In this document: positions 37,978 to 47,413 of the stretch, piece by piece | Layout: the number at the start of each line of letters is the position of its first letter | How positions within the stretch are numbered: position 1 is the first letter of the stretch | Assembly (NCBI GenBank): GCA_027488835.1 | Contig: JAIYAW010000004.1 | Location: 71,271 to 135,270, forward strand | Reading direction: 5' to 3' | Source of the DNA: Bacteroidota bacterium | GTDB lineage: Bacteria; Bacteroidota; Bacteroidia; NS11-12g; UBA955 | Length of the DNA: 64,000 nucleotides | The notes under the pieces: model-generated | What the model saw: only the letters and a program-made list of their open reading frames with translations | What the model was told of the DNA's origin: nothing | Databases searched by the model: none | Translations under genes and position numbers: made by a program

Positions 37978-38772
37978 ATGGAAATAGCAGGATATATTGG
38001 CGCAATTTTAACGGGACTTATCCTTGGGATCATTGGAGGCGGAGGTTCTATTTTAACCGTTCCAATTTTGGTTTATTTATTTCAACTAGATGCCGTTTTG
38101 GCAACTGCTTACTCTTTGTTTATTGTTGGTTTAACCAGTATGGTAGGTTCTGTAAGCCATTTTAAATTGGGGAACATTCATTGGAAAACTGCCCTTGCAT
38201 TTGGTATTCCGAGTATTTGCAGTGTTTTCTTTACACGATTGGTTATTGTTCCACATATTCCGAATCCTATGTTTGCCATTGGTTCTTTGGTGGTTTCGAA
38301 GCAAATGGGTCTATTGGTGCTGTTTGCAATTATCATGATTTTGGCGTCATATAGTATGATAAAACCTGCTAAAAAGAAAACAGAAACTCTTGAAAATGAT
38401 TTTAAATTTAGCTTTCCGTTAATTTTTTCGGAGGGACTTATTGAAGGATTTATTACAGGCTTAGTGGGCGTTGGAGGTGGGTTTTTAATCATTCCCGTGT
38501 TGGTTTTGTCAGCAAAATTACCCATGAAGAAAGCAGTTGGTACTTCTTTAATGATTATTGCAGCTAAATCTTTGATTGGTTTTATTGGCGATATGAAAAG
38601 TAGCAAAGTGATTGACTGGGAATTTTTATTGATTTATAGTTCGCTTGCCATTGCTGGTATCTTGTTGGGTTCAATATTGTCTAAGAAAATTTCCGGGGAA
38701 AAATTAAAACCAGCGTTTGGGTGGTTTGTTTTAATGATGGGTATTTATATAATTTTGAAAGAATTGTTGTAA
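37978..38772 (+). CDS. TauE/SafE family sulfite exporter
   Basis: 264 aa. Eight transmembrane segments. N-terminal GLILGIIGGGGSILTVPILVYLF and the repeated internal half are typical of TauE/SafE. Confidence 0.85.
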   Translation: MEIAGYIGAILTGLILGIIGGGGSILTVPILVYLFQLDAVLATAYSLFIVGLTSMVGSVSHFKLGNIHWKTALAFGIPSICSVFFTRLVIVPHIPNPMFAIGSLVVSKQMGLLVLFAIIMILASYSMIKPAKKKTETLENDFKFSFPLIFSEGLIEGFITGLVGVGGGFLIIPVLVLSAKLPMKKAVGTSLMIIAAKSLIGFIGDMKSSKVIDWEFLLIYSSLAIAGILLGSILSKKISGEKLKPAFGWFVLMMGIYIILKELL

Positions 38773-38785
38773 ATTTAGTTTCGCT

Positions 38786-39829
38786 ATGGAAGATTTTGAT
38801 AAACTAAGAAAAAATATTAGGTCACTCATTTACTTAGTAATCCTACTAATTGTTGCTGCTGTTCTTTTGATAGTTTTTTTCATGAATGGTGGAGGTAAAA
38901 AAACGCAATTGGATGTTGTGCCAAGCGCAGTTGATTCTTCTCAGTTTAAAAGTGTTTCGTTAGACAATGCAACTGATTTGTGGACACCCCCAAGTGAAGA
39001 TGTCCTTCAAAAATTAGAAAAGGAAAAAGTTGCGCAAATAAATTACGGTAAAGATCTCATTGCCAATACTGCAAAGTATTTTGGACCAATGGGAAGTATT
39101 GCGCAAATTACCAATGGAATGAATTGCCAGAATTGTCATTTAGAAGCTGGAACCAAACCTTACGGAAATAATTATTCAGCTGTTTATACTACCTACCCAA
39201 AATATAGGGCTAGAAGTGGAGCGGTTGAAGATATTTACAAAAGGGTAACAGATTGCTTTGAGCGTTCGTTAAATGGCAAAGCGCCGTTAAAGGGTAGTAA
39301 AGAAATGGAGGCAATTGTGTCTTATATTAATTTTCTCGGCACCAACGTTGAAAAAGGTAAAAATGCCAAAGGTTCTGGTATCTATGAGCTGAAATTTTTA
39401 GATAGACCCGCTGATCCAACAAAAGGGAAATCGGTCTATTTGGCAAAATGTGTAAGTTGCCATAAAGAAGATGGTAGTGGCATCAAATCTGAAGATAAAG
39501 TTACGTACCAATATCCTCCATTATGGGGAGCAAATGCATATAATACTGGTGCCGGTCTTTACAGGATTTCTCGTTTTGCAGGATATATTAAGGCCAATAT
39601 GCCGTTCGGTGCTACATATAAAGAGCCTCAATTAACAGATGAAGAAGCATGGGATATTGCAGCTTATGTAAACTCAATGCCCCATCCTTCAAAAGATATC
39701 AGTAAAGATTGGCCTAAAGTTGAAGAGAAAATATTCGATCATCCTTTCGGACCTTTTGCCGATGGGTTTTCTGAAGAACAACATAAATTTGGCCCGTTTG
39801 CAGCCAAAAAAAAATGCAACAATCCCTAA
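38786..39829 (+). CDS. membrane-anchored diheme c-type cytochrome (TsdA/SoxA-like superfamily candidate)
   Basis: 347 aa. N-terminal transmembrane anchor. Two CxxCH motifs (CQNCH, CVSCH). Confidence 0.7.
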   Translation: MEDFDKLRKNIRSLIYLVILLIVAAVLLIVFFMNGGGKKTQLDVVPSAVDSSQFKSVSLDNATDLWTPPSEDVLQKLEKEKVAQINYGKDLIANTAKYFGPMGSIAQITNGMNCQNCHLEAGTKPYGNNYSAVYTTYPKYRARSGAVEDIYKRVTDCFERSLNGKAPLKGSKEMEAIVSYINFLGTNVEKGKNAKGSGIYELKFLDRPADPTKGKSVYLAKCVSCHKEDGSGIKSEDKVTYQYPPLWGANAYNTGAGLYRISRFAGYIKANMPFGATYKEPQLTDEEAWDIAAYVNSMPHPSKDISKDWPKVEEKIFDHPFGPFADGFSEEQHKFGPFAAKKKCNNP

Positions 39830-39838
39830 AATAAAATT

Positions 39839-41254
39839 ATGAATATAGAACAAATATATACAGGATGTTTGGCGCAAGGAGCTTATTACATTCAAAGTAA
39901 TGGTGAAGCGGTAATCATTGATCCATTGCGCGAAGTGCAACCATATTTAGATCGTCTGGATAAAGATGGCGTGAAGTTGAAATATATTTTTGAAACACAT
40001 TTTCATGCAGATTTTGTGAGTGGTCACATTGATTTGAGTGCAAAAACCGGGGCGCAAATTGTTTTTGGACCTACTGCAAATCCAGAATTTGATTGCATCG
40101 TGGCTACCGACAATCAAGAATTCAAAGTTGGAAATATTATATTAAAAGTATTACATACACCAGGACATACCATGGAAAGTTCTTGCTTTTTATTGCTTGA
40201 TGAAAATGGAAAAGAGCATAGCCTATTTAGTGGCGATACCTTGTTTTTGGGGGATGTAGGAAGACCAGATTTGGCACAGAAAGCAGCTACAATGACACAA
40301 GAAGAATTGGCAGGAATGCTTTATGATTCTTTGGTGAATAAAATCATGCCTTTGCCAAATGATGTGATGGTTTATCCAGCGCATGGCGCTGGAAGTGCTT
40401 GTGGCAAGAATATGATGAAAGAAACAATGGATTCATTGGGTCATCAAAAAGAAATGAATTATGCATTAAATCAGCCCAATAAAGAAGCGTTTATTGAAGC
40501 AGTTTTGGATGGTTTGTTACCACCACCGGCTTACTTTCCAATGAATGTTGCCATGAATAAAAAAGGATATGCATCCATTGATTCGGTTATGAACAATGGC
40601 ATGCGACCATTAACTCCTGCAGAATTTGAAGTAGCGGCAGAAAGCACTGAGGCTGTTGTATTAGACACAAGAAAGCCTGCAGATTTTGCAATGGGATTTA
40701 TTCCACGCAGTATCAATATCGGAATTGATGGACAATTTGCTCCGTGGGTAGGTTCTATTATTGGAGATGTGAAATTGCCAATTTTATTGGTAACAGATCC
40801 AGGAAGAGAAGAGGAAACAGTAATTCGTTTGTCTCGTGTTGGATTCGATCATATCTTAGGGTATATCAATGGTGGATTTAAAGCTTGGGAAGATTTTGGT
40901 AAAGAAGTTGATAGTGTTAATAGGATTTCTGCTGAACAATTTGCGTCAGAAGTTAAAATTGGTGCTGATATGGTTGTTGACGTGAGAAAAGAGGCTGAAT
41001 ATAGGGCGGAACATGTTGATGAGGCTTATAACAAGCCATTAGACAATATAAACGATTGGTTTATGAATATGAATGATGAGAAGCCATTCTATATACACTG
41101 TGCGGGTGGTTACAGGAGTATGATTGCTGCATCTATTTTAAAAGCACGTGGTATTCATAATTTCAAAGAAGTTGATGGAGGTTTTGCAGCAATTGCAAAA
41201 ACGGATGTTGCAAAAACTGATTTTGTTTGTCAAAGTAAATTGCAAAGTAATTAA
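39839..41254 (+). CDS. persulfide dioxygenase (MBL fold, ETHE1-like) fused to rhodanese domains (CstB/Blh-like)
   Basis: 471 aa. MBL metal motif THFHADFVSGH. Two rhodanese-like domains, the second with active-site CAGGYRS. Confidence 0.85.
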   Translation: MNIEQIYTGCLAQGAYYIQSNGEAVIIDPLREVQPYLDRLDKDGVKLKYIFETHFHADFVSGHIDLSAKTGAQIVFGPTANPEFDCIVATDNQEFKVGNIILKVLHTPGHTMESSCFLLLDENGKEHSLFSGDTLFLGDVGRPDLAQKAATMTQEELAGMLYDSLVNKIMPLPNDVMVYPAHGAGSACGKNMMKETMDSLGHQKEMNYALNQPNKEAFIEAVLDGLLPPPAYFPMNVAMNKKGYASIDSVMNNGMRPLTPAEFEVAAESTEAVVLDTRKPADFAMGFIPRSINIGIDGQFAPWVGSIIGDVKLPILLVTDPGREEETVIRLSRVGFDHILGYINGGFKAWEDFGKEVDSVNRISAEQFASEVKIGADMVVDVRKEAEYRAEHVDEAYNKPLDNINDWFMNMNDEKPFYIHCAGGYRSMIAASILKARGIHNFKEVDGGFAAIAKTDVAKTDFVCQSKLQSN

Positions 41255-41829
41255 TGGGTAATCAAATCATAGAATTGTTAAAACAACCATGGCCATGGTA
41301 TGTTGGGGGAGTATTTGTAGGACTAACCGTTCCAATTTTACTTTTGTTAGGGAATAAATCTTTTGGAATTTCTAGCTCACTCAGACATATTTGTGCAGCT
41401 TGTATGCCAGCTAAAATTCCTTTTTTTAATTACGATTGGAAAAAAGAATCTTGGAATTTGTTTTTTGTTGTGGGAACCATTATTGGTGGTTTCATTGCGG
41501 GACATTTTTTAATGTCGGGAGATCAAATTGTGATTGCTGAAAATACTAAAAAGCAATTGGTGGCTCTGGGGATTCAAGATTTCACACATCTTATGCCAAC
41601 AGATATCTTTAGCTGGAGTGCTGTTTTAACGCTTAAAGGCTTTGTATTTATGGTCTTGGGTGGGTTTTTAGTAGGCTTCGGAACACGTTGGGCAGGAGGT
41701 TGTACCAGTGGTCATGCAATTATGGGTTTGAGTAACCTCCAGTGGCCTTCATTGGTGGCAACTTGTTGCTTTTTAATTGGTGGGTTTATCATGACTTGGT
41801 TTGGATTGCCCTTTTTATTATCATTATAA
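41254..41829 (+). CDS. YeeE/YedE family sulfur-compound transporter half-protein (first of a pair)
   Basis: 191 aa. Transmembrane helices. Signature GGCTSGHAIMG. Confidence 0.8.
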   Translation: MGNQIIELLKQPWPWYVGGVFVGLTVPILLLLGNKSFGISSSLRHICAACMPAKIPFFNYDWKKESWNLFFVVGTIIGGFIAGHFLMSGDQIVIAENTKKQLVALGIQDFTHLMPTDIFSWSAVLTLKGFVFMVLGGFLVGFGTRWAGGCTSGHAIMGLSNLQWPSLVATCCFLIGGFIMTWFGLPFLLSL

Positions 41830-41841
41830 TTTCGTATATTT

Positions 41842-42327
41842 ATGAGTCAACATTCAAAAGAAATGGTAGAAACTGGCACAGCTTGTGTCAATGAATCTGA
41901 GGTTCAAAAACCTTGGTATAGCAATCTGAAATATAGCATCGTAGGAATTTTATTCGGTATCGTTTTTGTAAAATCTGAAATCATTAGTTGGTTTAGAATT
42001 CAAGAAATGTTCCGCTTAGATTCATTCCATATGTATGGTGTTATTGGAACAGCAGTTTTTGTTGGTCTGATTTCTGTTCAAATTATCAAACGTAAGAAAA
42101 TAAAATCGTTTGAAGGTGAGCCAATAATCATTCAAGACAAAACGTTTAACAAAGGGCAAATTTATGGGGGACTTATGTTTGGTTTTGGTTGGGCAATCAC
42201 TGGCGCATGCCCGGGTCCATTGTATGTGCAATTGGGTTCTGGTTTTACAGTCATTTCCGTGACCATTTTAAGTGCAATATTGGGTACTTGGGTCTATGGT
42301 AAATTCAAAGATAAATTACCGCATTAA
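41842..42327 (+). CDS. YeeE/YedE family sulfur-compound transporter half-protein (second of a pair)
   Basis: 161 aa. Signature ITGACPG. Confidence 0.8.
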   Translation: MSQHSKEMVETGTACVNESEVQKPWYSNLKYSIVGILFGIVFVKSEIISWFRIQEMFRLDSFHMYGVIGTAVFVGLISVQIIKRKKIKSFEGEPIIIQDKTFNKGQIYGGLMFGFGWAITGACPGPLYVQLGSGFTVISVTILSAILGTWVYGKFKDKLPH

Positions 42328-42343
42328 TTTTAGTTTTTTTTGA

Positions 42344-42369
42344 GGGACGATTTTTCGTCCCTTTTTTTT
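42344..42369 (+). terminator. rho-independent terminator after the sulfur cluster (T-runs both sides, possibly bidirectional)
   Basis: TTTTTTTTGAGGGACGATTTTTCGTCCCTTTTTTTT. Confidence 0.65.
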
Positions 42370-42386
42370 GGGATATTTGTAATGTT

Positions 42387-42797
42387 ATGGCAAAAGAAAT
42401 GTGGTTAAACCTCGGGGTTGAAAATATTGTAAAGTCGAGAGAATTTTATCAAGCAATTGGATTTCAGATTATGGAAGAATATGCCTGTAGCGATGATATG
42501 ATTGGTTTGATAATTGGTGAGCAAAAAGTTTCTGTTATGTTGTTTCCCAATCACATGTTTGGCGGATTTCTTCAAAATTCAGTTACCCAAACAAGTACTT
42601 CAAACGAGGTATTGTTGTCTTTTGATGCTGCCTCCCCTGAAGAAGTTGATGCACAAATTGAACTTGTAGAAAAAGCGGGCGGTATAGTTTTTGGGAAACC
42701 AGGATGGACTCAAGGTTGGATGTATGGTGCTGGTTTTTGCGATCTGGATGGACATCGTTGGAACATACTCCACATGGATATGTCTAAAATGCGTTAA
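42387..42797 (+). CDS. VOC (glyoxalase/bleomycin-resistance/dioxygenase) family protein
   Basis: 136 aa. The paired beta-alpha-beta-beta-beta module pattern is typical of the family. Confidence 0.65.
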   Translation: MAKEMWLNLGVENIVKSREFYQAIGFQIMEEYACSDDMIGLIIGEQKVSVMLFPNHMFGGFLQNSVTQTSTSNEVLLSFDAASPEEVDAQIELVEKAGGIVFGKPGWTQGWMYGAGFCDLDGHRWNILHMDMSKMR

Positions 42798-43621
42798 TCT
42801 CTTATCGAGATTAAATTTAGCTTAATCTGGTTCTGTTTTAAATATCCCATCACAAAATCATATCCTTGATTCAATTCGCAAGGGTGATGCGCATCTGAAT
42901 TGATCATAATTTTGAAATTTGCATCTTTAATCAAATGAATAAATTCGAATGCCGGGTATGGGTTATGTCGATTTTTTTTATACAATCCTCGGGTATTGAT
43001 TTCCAGAATAAAACTATCGATGTTTTGTTTTTTTAGGATATCAAAAAGTGATTGGTAAAAATATGATTTTAAACCTTGAAACGCGGGATAATTTTCAGCA
43101 TTAATTACTATCTTATCTATATGACCTATTATTCTTTTCGGAGAAATAGAGACATTCAACATGTTTTCAAAGTTGGATAAGTACAGGTCCAGAATTTCCT
43201 TTAAATTTTGATTGTAATAGGTGTAAATTCTATGAAATTCATCTGCGGTTCCATCAATTTCAACATATTCTATCACTTTACCATCTAATAATAAAATTGG
43301 TAAATAATGTATGCTGCAAATAAGATATTCAGCATTCGCAATTTCATTGAATTTGAGTGCATATAATCCCTTTCCATGTAAATAATCAATTTCCCATCCA
43401 ATAATGGGTTCAATTGTAGCTTTGAAATGTTTTTCAAGGGTTTTAATTTCCCTTACATATTGCCCTATTTGTGTTTCTTTTATTGCCCATTCTGAAGGAA
43501 ATGGCAATGGAGCATGGGCACTAAATCCAATGTGTTTCCAACCCAATTCAATGGCTTCGTGGATATATTCTACAGGATCTTCACTGCCATCACAATAGGT
43601 AGTGTGTGTATGCAAATTCAA
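42794..43621 (-). CDS. PHP-domain phosphoesterase (histidinol-phosphatase HisJ family)
   Basis: 275 aa. N-terminal NLHTHTTYCDGS and ...GFSAHAP.... TTG start. No in-frame ATG before the upstream stop. Confidence 0.7.
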   Translation of the reverse strand: MNLHTHTTYCDGSEDPVEYIHEAIELGWKHIGFSAHAPLPFPSEWAIKETQIGQYVREIKTLEKHFKATIEPIIGWEIDYLHGKGLYALKFNEIANAEYLICSIHYLPILLLDGKVIEYVEIDGTADEFHRIYTYYNQNLKEILDLYLSNFENMLNVSISPKRIIGHIDKIVINAENYPAFQGLKSYFYQSLFDILKKQNIDSFILEINTRGLYKKNRHNPYPAFEFIHLIKDANFKIMINSDAHHPCELNQGYDFVMGYLKQNQIKLNLISIRD

Positions 43622-43633
43622 GATGTAGGAAAA

Positions 43634-44311
43634 TTATTTTTTCTCGAATTTCGCAATTACACGTTCCAAATTATTTAAAATTTGGGTATACGGAGCCGTA
43701 AGTAGTTCATTGTATGTTTGAGTGCCAGTTAATACACCTATGTTCCATGCACAACCCGCTGAAAATCCTTCAAATAAGTCACTCACAGTATCTCCCACTT
43801 TCATTACTTTGTGCGAATATTCAACGCCTTCCTTTTTCATAGCCAGTTGAATCATGTCTGGATGTGGACGACCTTTTTTGACTTCATCGCTGCCAATAAA
43901 GCCATCGATTTTTGATTTTAAATCCAGTTGTTTGACAATAATTTCAGCTATATTTCTGTTGAAAACTGTATTTAAGTAAATTTTGGTGCCGCGTTTTCTC
44001 ATAGCATCGAATAAATCATCGGCAAAAGGCATCAATGCTAAATTTCCTTGGATGCTATATTGATTTTCCAATTCAGAATTGAAATTTTCTAAAAGCTTAT
44101 TAATTATTTCATTATCAATGCTTAAATTATTGATTGAGCAAAGTTGTTCAAAGGCAACATTCTTAGGAATACCCATTACTTTGTTTGCATCGTCAATGGT
44201 AATGTCGGTTTGGGTAATCGCCTTCATTGTATTAACAGCAGCTTGTTGAACCAACCCATTATCGTTAACGGTGGTTCCTGTCATATTTAATACAGCTAAT
44301 TTTGGTGTCAT
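43634..44311 (-). CDS. HAD-superfamily hydrolase (phosphonatase/beta-phosphoglucomutase-like subfamily)
   Basis: 225 aa. Motif I region AVLNMTGTTVND. C-terminal ...VGDTVSD... (motif IV). Confidence 0.6.
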   Translation of the reverse strand: MTPKLAVLNMTGTTVNDNGLVQQAAVNTMKAITQTDITIDDANKVMGIPKNVAFEQLCSINNLSIDNEIINKLLENFNSELENQYSIQGNLALMPFADDLFDAMRKRGTKIYLNTVFNRNIAEIIVKQLDLKSKIDGFIGSDEVKKGRPHPDMIQLAMKKEGVEYSHKVMKVGDTVSDLFEGFSAGCAWNIGVLTGTQTYNELLTAPYTQILNNLERVIAKFEKK

Positions 44312-44392
44312 GTTACAAAAGTCTTAACTAAGTTTATGCTAGGTGTTACTGAAATGTTAAAATTGTGAGTTGTAAAGAATAAGTTATGTGGG

Positions 44393-44914
44393 TTATTTTT
44401 TAGCAACCTCATACCAATGTTTTTCAGTTTCATCTTCTAAAAATGATTCTTTGTAATTGAAACCAACTTTTGAAATAACTTTTAAGGATTGGGTGTTTTG
44501 TGTGTTAACGATGGCATTGATTTTTGAAATCTCTAATTCATTCAATCCATAATTCAAACAAGCAGCACTTGCCTCTGTTGCAAGTCCATTTCCCCAGAAA
44601 TTAGGGTGAATTCTATAGCCTAAGTCATAAAAGTTCTCGTAGGTATGACGTTTGTGCTTATTAAATTTTATTCCACACCAACCAATAAATCCTTGCGTTG
44701 CTTTGTCAATCATTGCCAATCTTCCCGTTTTGAAGTTGCCATATTGTGATATCACTTGATTCAACAATTCTCTCGATTCTTCCAAACTGCGCTTTGGGTA
44801 ATTCGTTAAATATTTTATTACGGATTCATTGGTTTCAAGTGAATGAAAATCCTCAAGGTCATTGACCATGAATTCTCTTAAAATCATTCGAGTTGTTTCT
44901 AGTTGAATAGCCAT
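44393..44914 (-). CDS. GNAT family N-acetyltransferase (RimJ/RimL-like)
   Basis: The ATG at 44914 gives MAIQLETTRMILREF... (the ORF track starts at TTG 44995). Acetyl-CoA pocket region ...WGNGLATEA.... Confidence 0.7.
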   Translation of the reverse strand: MAIQLETTRMILREFMVNDLEDFHSLETNESVIKYLTNYPKRSLEESRELLNQVISQYGNFKTGRLAMIDKATQGFIGWCGIKFNKHKRHTYENFYDLGYRIHPNFWGNGLATEASAACLNYGLNELEISKINAIVNTQNTQSLKVISKVGFNYKESFLEDETEKHWYEVAKK

Positions 44915-45050
44915 TGTGGTTTTGGTGGTATACTCCAATCTATCAACAAAACAATTGTATAATTTTATCTTTAGTGTTATCAAATCTTTATTCAATAAAT
45001 ATTCTTTTCACATAATTTATTGTAAAGGGTTATTTTTGAATTTCTATACT

Positions 45051-46025
45051 ATGATTTCTAGACGTAAATTTATACTGGCTTCGGGTGCAACTTCATTGCT
45101 CACTGCCATTCAGTCAAAAGCCAATATTTTGTCCTTCAATACCAAAAAAGTGGTTCGGCCCATTGTGATATCTACTTGGGATTTTGGAGCGGCGGCCAAT
45201 GCTGAGGCATTTAAAATTCTGAGTGCAGGTGGAAGAGCCCTCGATGCGGTTGAAGCAGGTGTAAAAATTACCGAATCTGATCCAAACGTTGATACTGTTG
45301 GATACGGCGGAAATCCCGATAGAGACGGACATGTTACTCTTGATGCTAGTATTATGGACGAACATGCCAATATTGGTTCTGTGGCTTGTCTTGAACATAT
45401 TATGCATCCAATTAGCGTGGCTCGTTTGGTGATGGAAAAATCGCCGCATGTTTTTATTGCGGGGGAAGGAGCACTCAAATTTGCCCTCGATAACGGTTTT
45501 GAAAAAACCAATATGTTGTCGCCAAAGGCAGAGGAAAACTGGAAGAAGTGGTTGGATGAATCCAAATATATGCCCAAAGTTGATTACAAAAGCCACGATA
45601 CAATCGGTATGTTGGCTCTGGATGTTCACGGAAATATCAGCGGTGCTTGCACAACCAGTGGAAGGGCTTATAAAATGCATGGCAGAATTGGTGATTCACC
45701 AATTATAGGTGCTGGGTTGTACGTGGATAATGAAGTAGGTGGAGCAACGTCAACCGGAATGGGCGAGGAGGTAATTCGTATTTGCGGTTCTCATTTGGTG
45801 GTTGAATTTATGCGTCAAGGATATTCTCCAATGCAAGCTTGTAAAGCTGCGGTGGAACGTATGGTGAAAATGTCGCCATCTAAAAAAGAAGATGTAACTG
45901 CTGGATTTATTGCACTAAATAAAAAAGGCGAATATGGTTCTTTTTCGGTGTACAAAGGATATCAAATTGCGGTGCATTCAACTAAAGAACAGGGCGTTGT
46001 GAAGGACATTCAACACTTGAAATAA
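45051..46025 (+). CDS. N4-(beta-N-acetylglucosaminyl)-L-asparaginase / isoaspartyl peptidase (Ntn-hydrolase asparaginase family), secreted
   Basis: The ATG at 45051 gives a twin-arginine-like signal MISRRKFILASGATSLL. Autoproteolytic site region HDTIGMLALD. GAG...TSTGMG motifs. Confidence 0.8.
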   Translation: MISRRKFILASGATSLLTAIQSKANILSFNTKKVVRPIVISTWDFGAAANAEAFKILSAGGRALDAVEAGVKITESDPNVDTVGYGGNPDRDGHVTLDASIMDEHANIGSVACLEHIMHPISVARLVMEKSPHVFIAGEGALKFALDNGFEKTNMLSPKAEENWKKWLDESKYMPKVDYKSHDTIGMLALDVHGNISGACTTSGRAYKMHGRIGDSPIIGAGLYVDNEVGGATSTGMGEEVIRICGSHLVVEFMRQGYSPMQACKAAVERMVKMSPSKKEDVTAGFIALNKKGEYGSFSVYKGYQIAVHSTKEQGVVKDIQHLK

Positions 46026-46756
46026 TGAAGGTTGAAGTTGAAGTTGTAGTTTATAATTACGAGTCAGCGCTAATTGCTGAAAAATGTGGTGCAAACCGTG
46101 TGGAACTTTGTGCAAATGAAGGTGCTGGTGGAACGTCGCCTAGTTTGGCATTGCTTCAAAAAATCAAGGAAAATACAAATATTCAAGTATACGTAATGGT
46201 AAGACCCCGTGAAGGCGATTTTACCTATTCTGCCGTTGAAATAGAATTGATATTGAGGGAAATTGAATTGTTTAAACAAGCGGGTGCCGACGGTATTGTT
46301 TGTGCTGCACTCACTTCAGATGCACAAATAGATGTTCCTTTTGTGAAGCAAATGGTGGATGCAGCAAGTCCGCTGCCGTTTACTTTTCACCGTGCTTTTG
46401 ATCATGTAAAAGATCCATTTTTTGCATTGGAGCAATTGATAGATTGCGGTTCTGCGAGAATTTTGACATCGGGTCAGGAGCCTTCTGTTTTGGAGGGACA
46501 AGAACTTGTGAAGCAGTTGATTCAAAAAGCAAACGGGCGCATTGGCATTTTGCCCGGGGCCGGTGTGAATTCAATAAATGTAAAAGAAATTGTTGATTTT
46601 ACTGGTTGCAAAGAGATTCATTTGTCGGCTAAGAAAATGATGCAAAGGCAAGTTGCGTTGAATTCTAAAATTCAGTTGGGCAGTTCAAATGATAGTAATT
46701 CCTATCAAATGACTGATGAAATCGAGTTGAAGCGAGTGCTGGAAATTCTCGGTTAA
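46025..46756 (+). CDS. cutC: copper homeostasis protein CutC
   Basis: 243 aa. MKVEVEVVVYNYESALIAEKCGANRVELCANEGAGGTSPS is characteristic of CutC. Confidence 0.85.
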   Translation: MKVEVEVVVYNYESALIAEKCGANRVELCANEGAGGTSPSLALLQKIKENTNIQVYVMVRPREGDFTYSAVEIELILREIELFKQAGADGIVCAALTSDAQIDVPFVKQMVDAASPLPFTFHRAFDHVKDPFFALEQLIDCGSARILTSGQEPSVLEGQELVKQLIQKANGRIGILPGAGVNSINVKEIVDFTGCKEIHLSAKKMMQRQVALNSKIQLGSSNDSNSYQMTDEIELKRVLEILG

Positions 46757-46871
46757 TTATTTGCCATTAAGCATAAATTGTCCCCCAAAAAAAATATTGT
46801 ATAAGCTAGTTTAATGGAATAATTTAGAAAAGCCAAACGATTATTGAGGGATTGATTTGAGCCAGTTTTTT

Positions 46872-46918
46872 ACTACGAACTCTTCGTTACGAAAAGTTCG
46901 TTACGAAGAGTTCGTAGT
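46872..46918. repeat. 22-bp near-perfect inverted repeat (hairpin/palindrome) between cutC and tRNA-Ser
   Basis: ACTACGAACTCTTCGTTACGAA-AAG-TTCGTTACGAAGAGTTCGTAGT. One mismatch in 22 bp. Confidence 0.7.
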
Positions 46919-47032
46919 TATTTAATTATATGTATATTATTGTGATATGAAGTTTTTTCAGTGAAGAAATTGATGATAAATGTCTTGATTTATGAAAATG
47001 TAAATTTGGAGGAAAATAAAAGCAAAAGGTTG

Positions 47033-47040
47033 TACCTTTG
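47033..47040 (+). promoter_or_regulatory. Bacteroidota sigma-A -7 element (TAnnTTTG) for tRNA-Ser
   Basis: TACCTTTG ends 9 nt upstream of the tRNA 5' end. Confidence 0.5.
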
Positions 47041-47049
47041 CAACCCTAC

Positions 47050-47137
47050 AGAGAGATGTCCGAGTGGCTGAAGGAGCACGCTTGGAAAGCGTGTAAACGC
47101 CAAAAGCGTTTCGAGGGTTCGAATCCCTTTCTCTCTA
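47050..47137 (+). tRNA. tRNA-Ser (anticodon GGA), class II with long variable arm
   Basis: Hand-folded. Acceptor AGAGAGA/TCTCTCT. 3-bp D-stem. Anticodon stem CACGC/GCGTG with loop TTGGAAA. Long variable arm AAACGC..GCGTTT. T-arm GAGGG-TTCGAAT-CCCTT. CCA not encoded. Confidence 0.85.
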
Positions 47138-47148
47138 CAACCTAATTG

Positions 47149-47177
47149 AAAGCCCCGCAAAGCGGGGCTTTTTTATT
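47149..47177 (+). terminator. rho-independent terminator after tRNA-Ser
   Basis: AAAGCCCCGCAAAGCGGGGCTTTTTTATTT. Confidence 0.7.
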
Positions 47178-47413
47178 TATAGGCCAAGCCAAGCTCCGCT
47201 TGAGCGATGGACTAAAAATAAAAAAGCCAACAGCTGCTATGCAGCTGTGCTTTCAATTGGGTTGTATCTCACCCCTCAGGGATCACGAGCGGAGCGAGTA
47301 GTCCCTCATGGATTAGATAGATTATCCCGAAAGCTTTCGGGAAGATTAATTTAGTTAAATTGATTGGTTCTGCGTGCTATAAGGGGGCATTTTTTATGGT
47401 GAAATGATTCCAA

